Shown: positions 1 through 8,875 of the stretch, one piece after another
Position numbering within the stretch: the first letter of the stretch is position 1
How the letters are laid out: each line of letters starts with the position of its first letter
IMG/VR virus record: IMGVR_UViG_3300037088_000882
Location: 28,413 to 92,412 of that record
DNA: 64,000 bases
Reading direction: 5' to 3' (one strand)
Origin: a virus
Notes under the pieces: generated by a model
The model's database searches: none
Told to the model about the DNA's origin: nothing
What the model saw: the letters and a program-made list of their open reading frames with translations, nothing else
Program-made: the position numbers and the translations under genes

Positions 1-72
1 ACACTCGTCTCATATACGGCTATTTAATTACCATAAGGGCTTTTGGTAGCCATTTTTTGAGTAATTCCCGTT

Positions 73-204
73 TACACTTCCTTTGCTTTTATCCCGTTCC
101 GAAAGGGGCCTTGTTTCAGGGCTCCCGCATCCGGGACAAAGATCTGCACCCGTCTTATCTCTGAATGTTTTTCCACAGTCAATGCAAACTTTCTCACTGG
201 ACAT
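73..204 (-). CDS. small zinc-ribbon protein (43 aa)
   Basis: Manually translated MSSEKVCIDCGKTF...LCPGCGS; two CxxC motifs, AAGGAG SD upstream. Confidence 0.5.
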
Positions 205-341
205 AAATGCTCCTTTTTAATGTTTTAAGGCTATTGCTTTAGACACTATAACTGAAGCTACGAGAAGGAAGATCACTATAAGGACGATTGCTTCCATTAT
301 AGTGACCCCTTTTTTGTTTTTGAGTTTAATCATAGTCAATT

Positions 342-1868
342 TTATTTAATAAATATTTTTGATCTGTATGTGTTATTTATGTTTGATATTTGAATTAGAC
401 ATTCTCCCGAGCAAGGGATTTTAATATTAGAATTATTTAATAAGGTTTGATAAATAAGTCGCCCTTGCAAATTCAGAACTGTTAAATGGTAAACATCTTT
501 GTCGAAAGATGTAAGATGAAAGATTGTTTGGCCATTTATTTTTATTGCTTTTTCAGCGTAAATTTTATTCCCCGTGTTTATGGCTACAGGAGGAGGACTA
601 GTGAAATGAAAAGAAATTGTATCTGGTACTGAGCCTCCCAAGTATACACATATTAGACCTGATCCAGTATCTATAGGTGAGAAAGTCCATACACTATCAT
701 TAGCTGGAATTTTACTTGTCCTAACACCATTGGTGATGGACCAATCGGCTTTTAAACAAACCCATTGATTATTATCTATACGTCTGCCTTGGACTTGTAG
801 TGACGTACTTTGGCCGGTGAGTAAATTTAGATTTTTTATAACCTGGCTATTTCCAGTGGTAATTCTGAGTGAGTCATAAAAAGATAATACTATAAAAGCT
901 TTTGCCGTTTTAGTCATTTTTCCTAATGAGTCAGTTACCGTTAGAGTGACTGAATCAATACCAAAAGCTGAAGGATTCCATGCATAAGATAAGGCTGTTC
1001 GACTCAACTGTACAGAAGTAGAATTTCCGATTTTTATGTATTGATATTGAATCCCTGCTGGTACTGTAGAAGTCCATGTTATTTGTTGCGGTGTTCCGAT
1101 ATATGCGATTAATGATGTGTTCGTTATAGATACGGTAGGAAGAGGGGCAGATATATTAAAAGAATCAGATGCAACATTATTAAAAGTGTCGGCATTCCAA
1201 GCACATATTTTGAAATTAACCCGGCCTATGTCAGTAGAGGTTGGAGTCCAGGAATAAGTGGATGATGTAGGACTAAGAGTGTCGAGTCTTGTAAAAGGTC
1301 TACCACTATGGCTTATCCATATAGATTGGGCTGTCACGGCAACGGTATCTTTTGTGATCCACTGGAATATAATTGGAGTTTTAATATAAGAATTTGGAGG
1401 AGTGGTTATTGAGATTGATGGAGGTTTTTCTAGTGCTCCTGATCCCATCATTGATAATGGCCAATGTTTACATATGTAAACTAAACTATCTACGAGGCTG
1501 TCCTTGAGATCTAGTAACCAATATGCTTTATTATGAATTGTAATTACACCTGTCCAATAATCTCCTGCAGTAATTGTATGAGTAAGAGTTTTAGCTGATG
1601 ATACGCCATTAGCCACAAAAGTTTTTATAGTATCATAAAAAATACTATCTGGACCGTATGGGTTGAGAGGCTTGTCATTAACGTCACATACTTTACCCCG
1701 AAATGATACATAAAAATTCGTTTTTGAGGAGGTCCCGTACTGGACTATTGAATTTGATGCGTTAAAGATGTTTCCTGAAATTTTAAAAGTGAAACCTAAT
1801 GCAGCTGAAGTAGAAAAGGACAGAAGAAACGTTAAGGTGATGGTGAGAATTAATTTATTCACAGGCAT
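342..1868 (-). CDS. secreted Ser/Thr-rich beta-sandwich protein with T9SS/Fibrobacter-like C-terminal sorting domain; start probably GTG at 1862
   Basis: N-terminal signal peptide; C-terminus VLNLQGRLIY...GECLIQI...YRSKIFIK; SD lies directly against the ATG, so the GTG is better spaced. Confidence 0.6.
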   Translation of the reverse strand: MPVNKLILTITLTFLLSFSTSAALGFTFKISGNIFNASNSIVQYGTSSKTNFYVSFRGKVCDVNDKPLNPYGPDSIFYDTIKTFVANGVSSAKTLTHTITAGDYWTGVITIHNKAYWLLDLKDSLVDSLVYICKHWPLSMMGSGALEKPPSISITTPPNSYIKTPIIFQWITKDTVAVTAQSIWISHSGRPFTRLDTLSPTSSTYSWTPTSTDIGRVNFKICAWNADTFNNVASDSFNISAPLPTVSITNTSLIAYIGTPQQITWTSTVPAGIQYQYIKIGNSTSVQLSRTALSYAWNPSAFGIDSVTLTVTDSLGKMTKTAKAFIVLSFYDSLRITTGNSQVIKNLNLLTGQSTSLQVQGRRIDNNQWVCLKADWSITNGVRTSKIPANDSVWTFSPIDTGSGLICVYLGGSVPDTISFHFTSPPPVAINTGNKIYAEKAIKINGQTIFHLTSFDKDVYHLTVLNLQGRLIYQTLLNNSNIKIPCSGECLIQISNINNTYRSKIFIK

Positions 1869-2122
1869 CTCCTTTCTTTTTGGGTTTGAGTGCCTATGAC
1901 TATATTATACATGTTTTTTTAAGAAAAGATTAGTATGTCGGAAAAATAGATTATTATTTTTCTAAATCTAACTTGATTATTTTAACCGTATACCCTGTAC
2001 GTTTGTAAGGTTCTGACATTTTCTCGGCATGCTTCAAGGTCGAGATCTCTCGAGTGATAAGTTTCCATCGATCTGCTACTTTATAACAGGCAATATAATT
2101 ATCTGGCTCTTTACTCATATAT

Positions 2123-2926
2123 TTAATATCCAAGTACAGGATGACTCTTAAGGTTCTTTATAAGTTCATGGCATACTTCAAAGGGCATTTGCGGGGCCCC
2201 TTCCGTGATTATGTGGCCTGGACTGAGCTCGGGTGGCTCTTCTTCCCAGGCCTGGTCTCTTAGACCTGGACTTAGAATGACGGCTGGCATATAAGTGAAA
2301 GCCCAACCTTCTCTAGGGTAGTCCATTTCTGGAGTCAGGTATGTTTTCGCTATAAACAGATTATTAGTTATTTTCTCTACTACCAGAACCCCATAAATTA
2401 AATCCAAATATATGAATTTATCGGTTTCACAAAAATAAAAGGAATTCATGGTTAGTATTCTAAGGTAATCAGCAGGATTGGGGTTTGTAAATAAAGTTTT
2501 TTGAAAAGATATTCTAAGATATCGAAAATTCTCCTCGTTGTATCTTTCTTTGAATTGTTCGAAACAATGAGCTGTGTAGAAGAGATGGTCCAGGTAAGTC
2601 CCTGGCATACTGCCGTAAAGCCTTCCAAACTCAGTTTTATATGTAACTTCGAAATTAGTGTATGCACGTAATTTACGATCGAAATTATAGAGGTTTACCC
2701 ATTCTCCGTAATAAGTGTGGAGCTCAGTAAGGATGTATTCCATTAATCTTTTTCTTGCATTATCCGATATTTTGCTGACATCTTTATTTTTGAATTCTTT
2801 GAGGAAGGCTTTTTCTAAGCAAATATTAAGCATGGCTCTAGGGTATCGTTCCAAGGCCACGGTCTTGAAATGTTTGTTGAGATCAGCAATGACCTCTTCG
2901 GGATTTCCATAAGGTTTGAAAGCCAT
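2123..2926 (-). CDS. hypothetical protein
   Basis: 267 aa ORF, co-oriented with neighbours. Confidence 0.6.
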   Translation of the reverse strand: MAFKPYGNPEEVIADLNKHFKTVALERYPRAMLNICLEKAFLKEFKNKDVSKISDNARKRLMEYILTELHTYYGEWVNLYNFDRKLRAYTNFEVTYKTEFGRLYGSMPGTYLDHLFYTAHCFEQFKERYNEENFRYLRISFQKTLFTNPNPADYLRILTMNSFYFCETDKFIYLDLIYGVLVVEKITNNLFIAKTYLTPEMDYPREGWAFTYMPAVILSPGLRDQAWEEEPPELSPGHIITEGAPQMPFEVCHELIKNLKSHPVLGY

Positions 2927-2929
2927 TAA

Positions 2930-3472
2930 TTAAAACCCAAGGTTTGCTTTTGATTCTCTGCGTTTGTTAATTGAATCATATTTCATAGAATTTCTAAATA
3001 CAAAAGTAATTGGAGTTTTTTCATTGTAATAACTTGTAAGTACAAAGGTTCTTGTTTTAAATTCCCAGGTTATTTCTTGTTTTATGCCATTTTCTTTAGT
3101 TTCTTCTTTTTTGTTTTCGAAACTGGTTTCAGATCCTAATCTTTCAACAAGTCTGTTATATAAAGTTTGAAGGCCTCCAATTTCGTGGCATTCTTCTTCA
3201 TTATAAAAAATACCGATTGAATATAAAGTATCATCAAGAAAAGAGCATGCGGCGGCTGCGGCAGTTTTCATTACAGCAAGATACTGATAGACACCTATTT
3301 CATGCTCGATATCTTTGGCAGGGAATTCTTCAGCATCTGGGTGAGCTTTTTTGAAATGCCCTAGAGTCATTCCTATTTTTAAATCCTCAAATTTAAAATC
3401 TTCTGATTTTTGGGAATAGCTTAAGCTGAATAAGAAGAGAGACGTTAAGATTAGACGTGGGATTGTTTTCAC
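2930..3472 (-). CDS. secreted hypothetical protein
   Basis: Signal peptide MKTIPRLILTSLFLFSLSYS; SD AAGGA. Confidence 0.65.
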   Translation of the reverse strand: MKTIPRLILTSLFLFSLSYSQKSEDFKFEDLKIGMTLGHFKKAHPDAEEFPAKDIEHEIGVYQYLAVMKTAAAAACSFLDDTLYSIGIFYNEEECHEIGGLQTLYNRLVERLGSETSFENKKEETKENGIKQEITWEFKTRTFVLTSYYNEKTPITFVFRNSMKYDSINKRRESKANLGF

Positions 3473-3552
3473 AGGCTTCCTTTCTTTTTGGTTTAGAATG
3501 CCTATGAATATTATACATGTATTTTGAGAGAGGTATAGAGGATTTTTTTAGA

Positions 3553-3639
3553 TGGTACCGGAAGAGTGACTTGAACACTCACGGGATTGCTCCCAATAGA
3601 TCTTGAATCTATCGCGTCTCCCAATTTCGCCATTCCGGC
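3553..3639 (-). tRNA. tRNA-Leu(CAA)
   Basis: Cloverleaf, anticodon arm ATAGA-TTCAAGA-TCTAT, long variable arm, encoded CCA. Confidence 0.95.
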
Positions 3640-3746
3640 TTAAGTGGTCAGGACAGGTTTACGCCCTACGATTTATGCCACACGCTTTTTCATTTTACTG
3701 TACAGTGTGGATCTATTAATATGAAGCATTTCAGCGATTTTTAAAG

Positions 3747-3820
3747 TGGGATTGGAGGAATTCGAATCCTCATTGTGTTGATTTTAAGTCAACTGCCTCT
3801 ACCAGTTGGGCTACAATCCC
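3747..3820 (-). tRNA. tRNA-Leu(TAA), short variable arm
   Basis: GGGATTG/CAATCCC acceptor; GTTGA-CTTAAAA-TCAAC; no CCA. Confidence 0.85.
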
Positions 3821-3868
3821 TCAATATAAATCACATGTCTACCAATTTCAACACCTGAATAGTAAAAA

Positions 3869-3951
3869 TGGAAGGGGCAAGATTTGAACTTGCGAACTCC
3901 GAAGAGACGGGATTTACAGTCCCGGGCCTTTAACCACTCGACCACCCTTCC
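3869..3951 (-). tRNA. tRNA-Tyr(GTA)
   Basis: CGGGA-CTGTAAA-TCCCG, long variable arm. Confidence 0.95.
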
Positions 3952-3958
3952 GTAAATT

Positions 3959-4044
3959 TGCGGATAAGAAGATTTGAACTTCTAAAAGGATTACTCCTCG
4001 CTGGTCTCTGAAACCAGTGTGTTTACCAATTCCACCATATCCGC
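3959..4044 (-). tRNA. tRNA-Leu(CAG)
   Basis: CTGGT-TTCAGAG-ACCAG, long variable arm. Confidence 0.93.
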
Positions 4045-4052
4045 GTAATATA

Positions 4053-4209
4053 TAGATTGCGTTCAAGTTACTAAAGCATTTACCCCTTTCGGGATACTTG
4101 TCGATTCTCAAGATCGATGCCTTACCAATTTGGCTATATTTCCATTCGGAAACACTCGGAGTCGAACCGAGATTAGTAATGTAGGCTTTAATTGTAAAAA
4201 CGCAATCTA
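4053..4209 (-). ncRNA. circularly permuted tRNA-like RNA 1 (YrlA/Y RNA-like)
   Basis: 11-bp terminal stem enclosing T arm, closed acceptor stem (TGTTTCC-GAAT-GGAAATA), D arm, then anticodon arm (TCGAT-CTTGAGA-ATCGA). Confidence 0.75.
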
Positions 4210-4212
4210 ATC

Positions 4213-4299
4213 TGGTGCGGTCGGTCTGATTTGAACAGGCATAGGATTGCTCCCACATGCACCTCAAGCATGCGTGGCTACCAATTACACCACGACCGC
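4213..4299 (-). tRNA. tRNA-Leu(GAG)
   Basis: CATGC-TTGAGGT-GCATG, long variable arm, CCA. Confidence 0.95.
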
Positions 4300-4307
4300 A
4301 TAATTTA

Positions 4308-4452
4308 TAAAGCCATATCCGAGTTATCAATGCTATCTTGATAGATTCTATTCTATTGCCTTTACCATTTGGCTATTCCCCCATAATTGGGGGAACGTGG
4401 AATCGAACCACGAATTTTTAATGTAAGCATCAACGGTAAAGATATGGCTTTA
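4308..4452 (-). ncRNA. circularly permuted tRNA-like RNA 2 (YrlA/Y RNA-like)
   Basis: 12-bp terminal stem; T arm CGTGG-TTCGATT-CCACG, closed acceptor TTCCCCC-AATTAT-GGGGGAA, D arm, hairpin with 6-nt loop; same architecture as RNA 1. Confidence 0.75.
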
Positions 4453-4465
4453 ATTTCAAAGAACT

Positions 4466-4554
4466 TGGTGCGAATGTAGAGATTCGAACTCTAAAGAGCT
4501 GTTAAGCTTCCAGATTCTAAGTCTGGCCCCTGCTACCAATTCGGGTACATTCGC
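4466..4554 (-). tRNA. tRNA-Leu(TAG)
   Basis: CCAGA-CTTAGAA-TCTGG, long variable arm, CCA. Confidence 0.95.
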
Positions 4555-4563
4555 ATATATTTA

Positions 4564-4634
4564 AGACGGTGCCCAGGATCGAACTGGGGCTGTCGGTTTT
4601 GCGGACCGATGCCTTACCTCTTGGCTACACCGTC
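4564..4634 (-). tRNA. tRNA-Cys(GCA), C33 variant
   Basis: TCGGT-CCGCAAA-ACCGA, U73 discriminator, no CCA. Confidence 0.88.
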
Positions 4635-4783
4635 GGATAAAAGAATTTATCTAATTCAAAGACCTCGTTTAAACATATTTCATTGATTTTCTCATTTGTG
4701 AAATCAGGTTCTTGGCCTTCTTCTATGCACGAGAATTTAAATGGTACATTATCTCGTAATTCATGCCCTATTTTAATTTTCAT
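4625..4783 (-). CDS. small hypothetical protein (52 aa); stop codon inside tRNA-Cys
   Basis: MKIKIGHELRDNVPF...FFYPTV*, SD GAGGGG. Confidence 0.5.
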   Translation of the reverse strand: MKIKIGHELRDNVPFKFSCIEEGQEPDFTNEKINEICLNEVFELDKFFYPTV

Positions 4784-4800
4784 TTAATCCCCTCAGTATA

Positions 4801-4847
4801 AAACAAAAAACCCTGCTTGATCTTTAGAACCAAGCAGGGTTTTGTTT
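4801..4847 (-). terminator. attenuator terminator 1
   Basis: AAACCCTGCTTG...CAAGCAGGGTTT followed by U tract. Confidence 0.9.
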
Positions 4848-4867
4848 ATTTCTTTTTTAACTTTAGA

Positions 4868-4954
4868 TCAAGACAAAATCCTACCCGGTCCCTTTAGATA
4901 GCTAAGGTAATATGATAGACACAAAGGTAAGGATTGAATAGTCTTATTGCTCAT
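4868..4954 (-). CDS. leader peptide 1 (Leu/Tyr/Cys): MSNKTIQSLPLCLSYYLSYLKGPGRILS
   Basis: 28-aa ORF between promoter and terminator; its 3' end is complementary to the terminator 5' strand. Confidence 0.85.
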   Translation of the reverse strand: MSNKTIQSLPLCLSYYLSYLKGPGRILS

Positions 4955-4962
4955 GATAACTA

Positions 4963-4991
4963 AATATAACACAGAAAAAATAAAAAGTCAA
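4963..4991 (-). promoter_or_regulatory. sigma70 promoter of tRNA array 1
   Basis: TTGACT-17 nt-TATATT with extended TG. Confidence 0.8.
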
Positions 4992-4999
4992 TTACTTTT

Positions 5000-7072
5000 T
5001 TAAGGTTCTACTGCTGTAAAGTCATTTTCAGGAACAGTGCTTTTATTTTTAGATCCGTATTTCCCAAGACGTGGCGAAATAAGAGAGTCTTCGGAAATAA
5101 ACCCCATAAGAGCTGAAGTTAAAGCTTGCTCACTAAGATATTCTTTTATTACCTGATCTTTATTCAAAACTTTAAAAAGTTTCATAACATGAGATACTTT
5201 GCATAATGCCACTTGTCGATAGGCACTAAGAACATCTTTTTTGATAGCATTAGAGTACATAACATTATGTTGTTTTTGATGAAATTCTGCAGTTTCTTGT
5301 ATGATTGGGGATTCTTCATTAAAAAATACTGCGGATCCCATATGTCCGTCTTCAAAACGGTGTTCATCTTTATAGAAGCATATATTTACTTCATGTTGCA
5401 TATCATTTTTTCCTACAGGGACAATTATTGGCATATCTTTTTTAATTTTTATTTCTATACTAGGAGTAGAATCTCCTGTGCTTTTTGCCTTTTTAACTCG
5501 AATACGTCGCCAAATTTGTTGAGAACCATCTATTGCTACGCCAGTTTTTTTCTCACCTGTATCGCTACCTTTACCCTCACTACTCCCTTTACTTACGCCA
5601 TTTAAAAAGCTCTCCCCCTCTTGGCTAGAGTCGATGAGACCGGTACTTTTTTGGTTTACAGGAACTTCTTCGTCAGTAGGGTCTTTTTTTATTTTTGATT
5701 TATTGGAATAATCTATGACATGGATACTATCGGCAAACCTATTACCGTATTTATCTAAAATTCTTTTTAGAAGAGCTTCATTGCCAGCAATTAGATCATC
5801 GCTGTCTCTGTCTTTATGTAATTCTTTGATTGTGTTAACTATTTCTTCTGGCATGTTTTTTATAAACAGGAGTCCCCAATATTCCATAGGAAGTTCAATA
5901 CTTTTTTTCCCGTTTCCAGTAAAGAATAAATTTGATCGGCTTTGATCAGGGAAGACGCCCCAATCTGTCTCTTGTGTGTGAATCTGGGGTTCTATAATAA
6001 TAGTTAATCGATTTTGAATTTCTTTGTCAATTATTCCGAAATTTCTAAAATTTGATATATGAGAATTAAAATTATATAGCTCTCCTTTATACATAACAGC
6101 AATGAAACCACTTTCTAGAGCATAGCCGTGACATACAGGACGGGCACCTTCCCAAAGGTACCAGCTAATTTTAAGTTTGCCATCTTCGAGATAGAAGGTA
6201 TCTGCTGTTTTAAGTTTACCTATTTTTGGGGCAATAACTTTAGCTTCTGTTATGTAATACTTAGCTCCATGGCATATCCTGGTATTTCCCCTGGTAGTAT
6301 TATATTTTTGTAATTTTTCATTGAATTCTTTTTCGCATCGCGGCCATTCATCTCGATTAGCTTTTCCATAATTAAATTCTTTAACACTAACTTGAATATT
6401 GTCCAGATTAAAAAAACGTGTATTAATATAACGTGTCAAATTTGAGGTATACCCTTTTTCCGATTGCATGTATGTGTCAGTTTTTGAGTCGTTCCCCATA
6501 AGAATGATGCAGGTTCCATGATCTCTAACCCATTTTGGAGCAACTAAAGACCAATCAATTTCATCCTCTTCCCATTCTACTGACATAGGGTCGATAACGG
6601 TTGCTATCTCATCGTTAAATTCCCAACTGGAAATGCTATAGGCTTTTTCCTCTATGTCATAATACATTCGTATCATTGATCCAATACCGTTTTGGTAAGA
6701 TATGTATACAACACCAGCCCCATTCCATGGCAGAAGAGATATTCTACATCCAATACCAAAATTTGTGTGAATGACTCTATCATTTTCATTCATTTCCTGC
6801 ATGACTGCTTTACCGCTGGATTGTATGTTTGTAAAATATTTTTTAAGTTGTTCTGCGGACATGCCATCCCCATCGTCGCAAATCATATGACGGTAAACAC
6901 CCTCTTTAGTAACCGATTGCCATTCAACTCCAAACTCTACTTTTTTAGCATGGGCTTCAATGGCATTCATTAAGACTTCACGGGCCCATTGATAAGGTTG
7001 GCAAAAACGGTATGTTCTGAGAATAAAATCTGTGGCATTTTCCATGCCAATGGGGAAGCTTTTGGAAGACAT
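5000..7072 (-). CDS. GHKL (Hsp90/MORC-like) ATPase
   Basis: REVLMNAIEA, DDGDGM and NFGIG Bergerat-fold motifs. Confidence 0.8.
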   Translation of the reverse strand: MSSKSFPIGMENATDFILRTYRFCQPYQWAREVLMNAIEAHAKKVEFGVEWQSVTKEGVYRHMICDDGDGMSAEQLKKYFTNIQSSGKAVMQEMNENDRVIHTNFGIGCRISLLPWNGAGVVYISYQNGIGSMIRMYYDIEEKAYSISSWEFNDEIATVIDPMSVEWEEDEIDWSLVAPKWVRDHGTCIILMGNDSKTDTYMQSEKGYTSNLTRYINTRFFNLDNIQVSVKEFNYGKANRDEWPRCEKEFNEKLQKYNTTRGNTRICHGAKYYITEAKVIAPKIGKLKTADTFYLEDGKLKISWYLWEGARPVCHGYALESGFIAVMYKGELYNFNSHISNFRNFGIIDKEIQNRLTIIIEPQIHTQETDWGVFPDQSRSNLFFTGNGKKSIELPMEYWGLLFIKNMPEEIVNTIKELHKDRDSDDLIAGNEALLKRILDKYGNRFADSIHVIDYSNKSKIKKDPTDEEVPVNQKSTGLIDSSQEGESFLNGVSKGSSEGKGSDTGEKKTGVAIDGSQQIWRRIRVKKAKSTGDSTPSIEIKIKKDMPIIVPVGKNDMQHEVNICFYKDEHRFEDGHMGSAVFFNEESPIIQETAEFHQKQHNVMYSNAIKKDVLSAYRQVALCKVSHVMKLFKVLNKDQVIKEYLSEQALTSALMGFISEDSLISPRLGKYGSKNKSTVPENDFTAVEP

Positions 7073-7176
7073 AAAAATTATCCTTTCACTAGTAGTACTA
7101 GGGATTGGTTAAAGTAAAAAATAAACTAAGATAAAACTTGAGTTTAAAACACAAGGTTTATCCATAACATTAAAAT

Positions 7177-8004
7177 TTATGGGAATATGACCATTTCGTT
7201 TGAAACAGGTATAGATCGATCCTCTTTTTTACTTTTATTACTACTTTTCGCTGAATATATAATGTCAATTCCTTGTAAATTATTTCCGTTGAATAGCGAT
7301 TCAGTCGCAGATAGTCTATCTATGGACAAGCACCAAGCTTTTTTAGTATTTAAAAAGTCTCTTAAACGTTCAAGATCTTTTAGGCCAAAGTCACAATTAT
7401 ACCATTTTTTTCCGTATTTAATATAAGGAGGGTCTGCGTAGATGAAATCGAATGGCACATTGTTTAGGAAAGTTTCGAAATCCTCACAAGAAACGGAAAG
7501 GATTTTATCTTTTAACAACATTCTTGTCCGTTCGATTTTTCTTATGATATTTGGAGGATTCCAGTATACGTCAACATTCCAGGCACTTTTTTGATCCCAC
7601 CCTCCGATTGGCAAAGACTCTGTAATAAAGCCGTTGTATGAGGTTTTATTAAGGAAGATTACTTTAAATGTTTTTTCTAAGTTTGTTGTTGGTTCACTGT
7701 GAAAAATATTTTTGTAGGTTTCTAAATTAACAACTTGAGTTGTAATTGCTTTATAAAGGGCTTCAAATTCAGAGTTTTTTGAGGCTTTAAAAAATTTCCA
7801 AAATGACCCTACATCTTTATTAGCGTCATTAAGATGGAATTTCCATAAAGGAAAATCCTTTGCCATGTTAATTAATGACCCGCCTCCTCCGACAAAAGGT
7901 TCAGCTACTGTCCATTCTGATGTGCGGGCTTCAGGATATGTGTTTTTTATCATTAAGTCTATTTTTTTCATTAGCCTTAATTTACCGCCGGGGTATCTTA
8001 GCAT
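7177..8004 (-). CDS. dam: Dam-like N6-adenine DNA methyltransferase (D12 class)
   Basis: RYPGGK, EPFVGGG and DPPY motifs. Confidence 0.85.
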   Translation of the reverse strand: MLRYPGGKLRLMKKIDLMIKNTYPEARTSEWTVAEPFVGGGGSLINMAKDFPLWKFHLNDANKDVGSFWKFFKASKNSEFEALYKAITTQVVNLETYKNIFHSEPTTNLEKTFKVIFLNKTSYNGFITESLPIGGWDQKSAWNVDVYWNPPNIIRKIERTRMLLKDKILSVSCEDFETFLNNVPFDFIYADPPYIKYGKKWYNCDFGLKDLERLRDFLNTKKAWCLSIDRLSATESLFNGNNLQGIDIIYSAKSSNKSKKEDRSIPVSNEMVIFP

Positions 8005-8129
8005 TTATTATCCAATTCGGGTTGTGGAGTGAAAATAACGCTTTATATATAATACTCGAATTATATATAAATATAAAAATAAATCGTTTAGAATCTACGA
8101 AAGGTAGGTAATATCAGGATGGGGAGTTT

Positions 8130-8447
8130 TCAGATTTTTATTTCTATAGGTTTTAAGATCATTGATTCGTCTTCTCCTGCATATACTACAGGGATTTCTG
8201 GGTACAGCTTTTTTAATTTATTTGCAAGTTCTATTCCCCAGGTATTAAGTTTTTTTGCTTTGCCTTTTTTGAATGTTGAATAATCTGATTCGAAGCAAGT
8301 ATCGTAATATCTTATCCAAGATTCAAATTCGTTGATTAATTCTTGAGGCAGTTTTAACTCTTCGTAATCAATCATGCCACCAAGATTCTCCCATATACCA
8401 GAACTTGAGAAGTCTGGCATTACTTTTAGCTTTGTTATCTCATTCAT
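8130..8447 (-). CDS. hypothetical protein
   Basis: 105 aa ORF in operon. Confidence 0.6.
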   Translation of the reverse strand: MNEITKLKVMPDFSSSGIWENLGGMIDYEELKLPQELINEFESWIRYYDTCFESDYSTFKKGKAKKLNTWGIELANKLKKLYPEIPVVYAGEDESMILKPIEIKI

Positions 8448-8829
8448 GATTTTCCTTTAAATAAGTGGAGCTACGGGGATTTGAACCCCGAACTTTCAGC
8501 TTGCAAAGCTGACACTCTTCCAATTGAGTTATAGCCCCATTATTTTCTATCTGAATTTCAGATTTCCAGTCTTTTTGTTTCTTTTCCTGCATTGTTAAAC
8601 TTCCACCACTTTCCCAGGCAGTACGCCTTGGGTTTCCACACATATCACAGCTACATAGTTTTGTAGTATTTCTAAGTATGTAAGAGAAATACCTCAATGT
8701 TTTTTCTGTAGGCTTTGAAGAACATAACAATCCTTGAGCACGTTTCTTCCCCTTATTGGCCCCAATAAGGAAACGTTCTCTACGATCTTTTGGATGAGAC
8801 ATAATGTACCCTTTTCTAGCGTCACTCAC
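8440..8829 (-). CDS. hypothetical phage protein (CSCxMCGNPR motif); 3' part contains tRNA-Ala
   Basis: ORF track; Cys motif. Confidence 0.55.
   Translation of the reverse strand: MSDARKGYIMSHPKDRRERFLIGANKGKKRAQGLLCSSKPTEKTLRYFSYILRNTTKLCSCDMCGNPRRTAWESGGSLTMQEKKQKDWKSEIQIENNGAITQLEECQLCKLKVRGSNPRSSTYLKENHE
8466..8538 (-). tRNA. tRNA-Ala(TGC)
   Basis: TCAGC-TTTGCAA-GCTGA; G3:U70 identity pair. Confidence 0.93.
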
Positions 8830-8875
8830 TGACGCATGATAGTGGATATCATTATGTGCTCCTTTCTTTAAAATA

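Noticed and set aside
3914-4330. 138-aa ORF in the ORF track
   Set aside because: Runs through several tRNAs and the permuted RNA; spurious.
4053-4452. Twister ribozyme or group I intron reading of the permuted elements
   Set aside because: The conserved linkers do not match twister or group I core motifs as far as I can judge by eye.
4801-4991. T-box riboswitch as the regulator of the tRNA arrays
   Set aside because: No T-box consensus (GGTGGNACC) or stem I in any of the four leaders; they contain ORFs instead.
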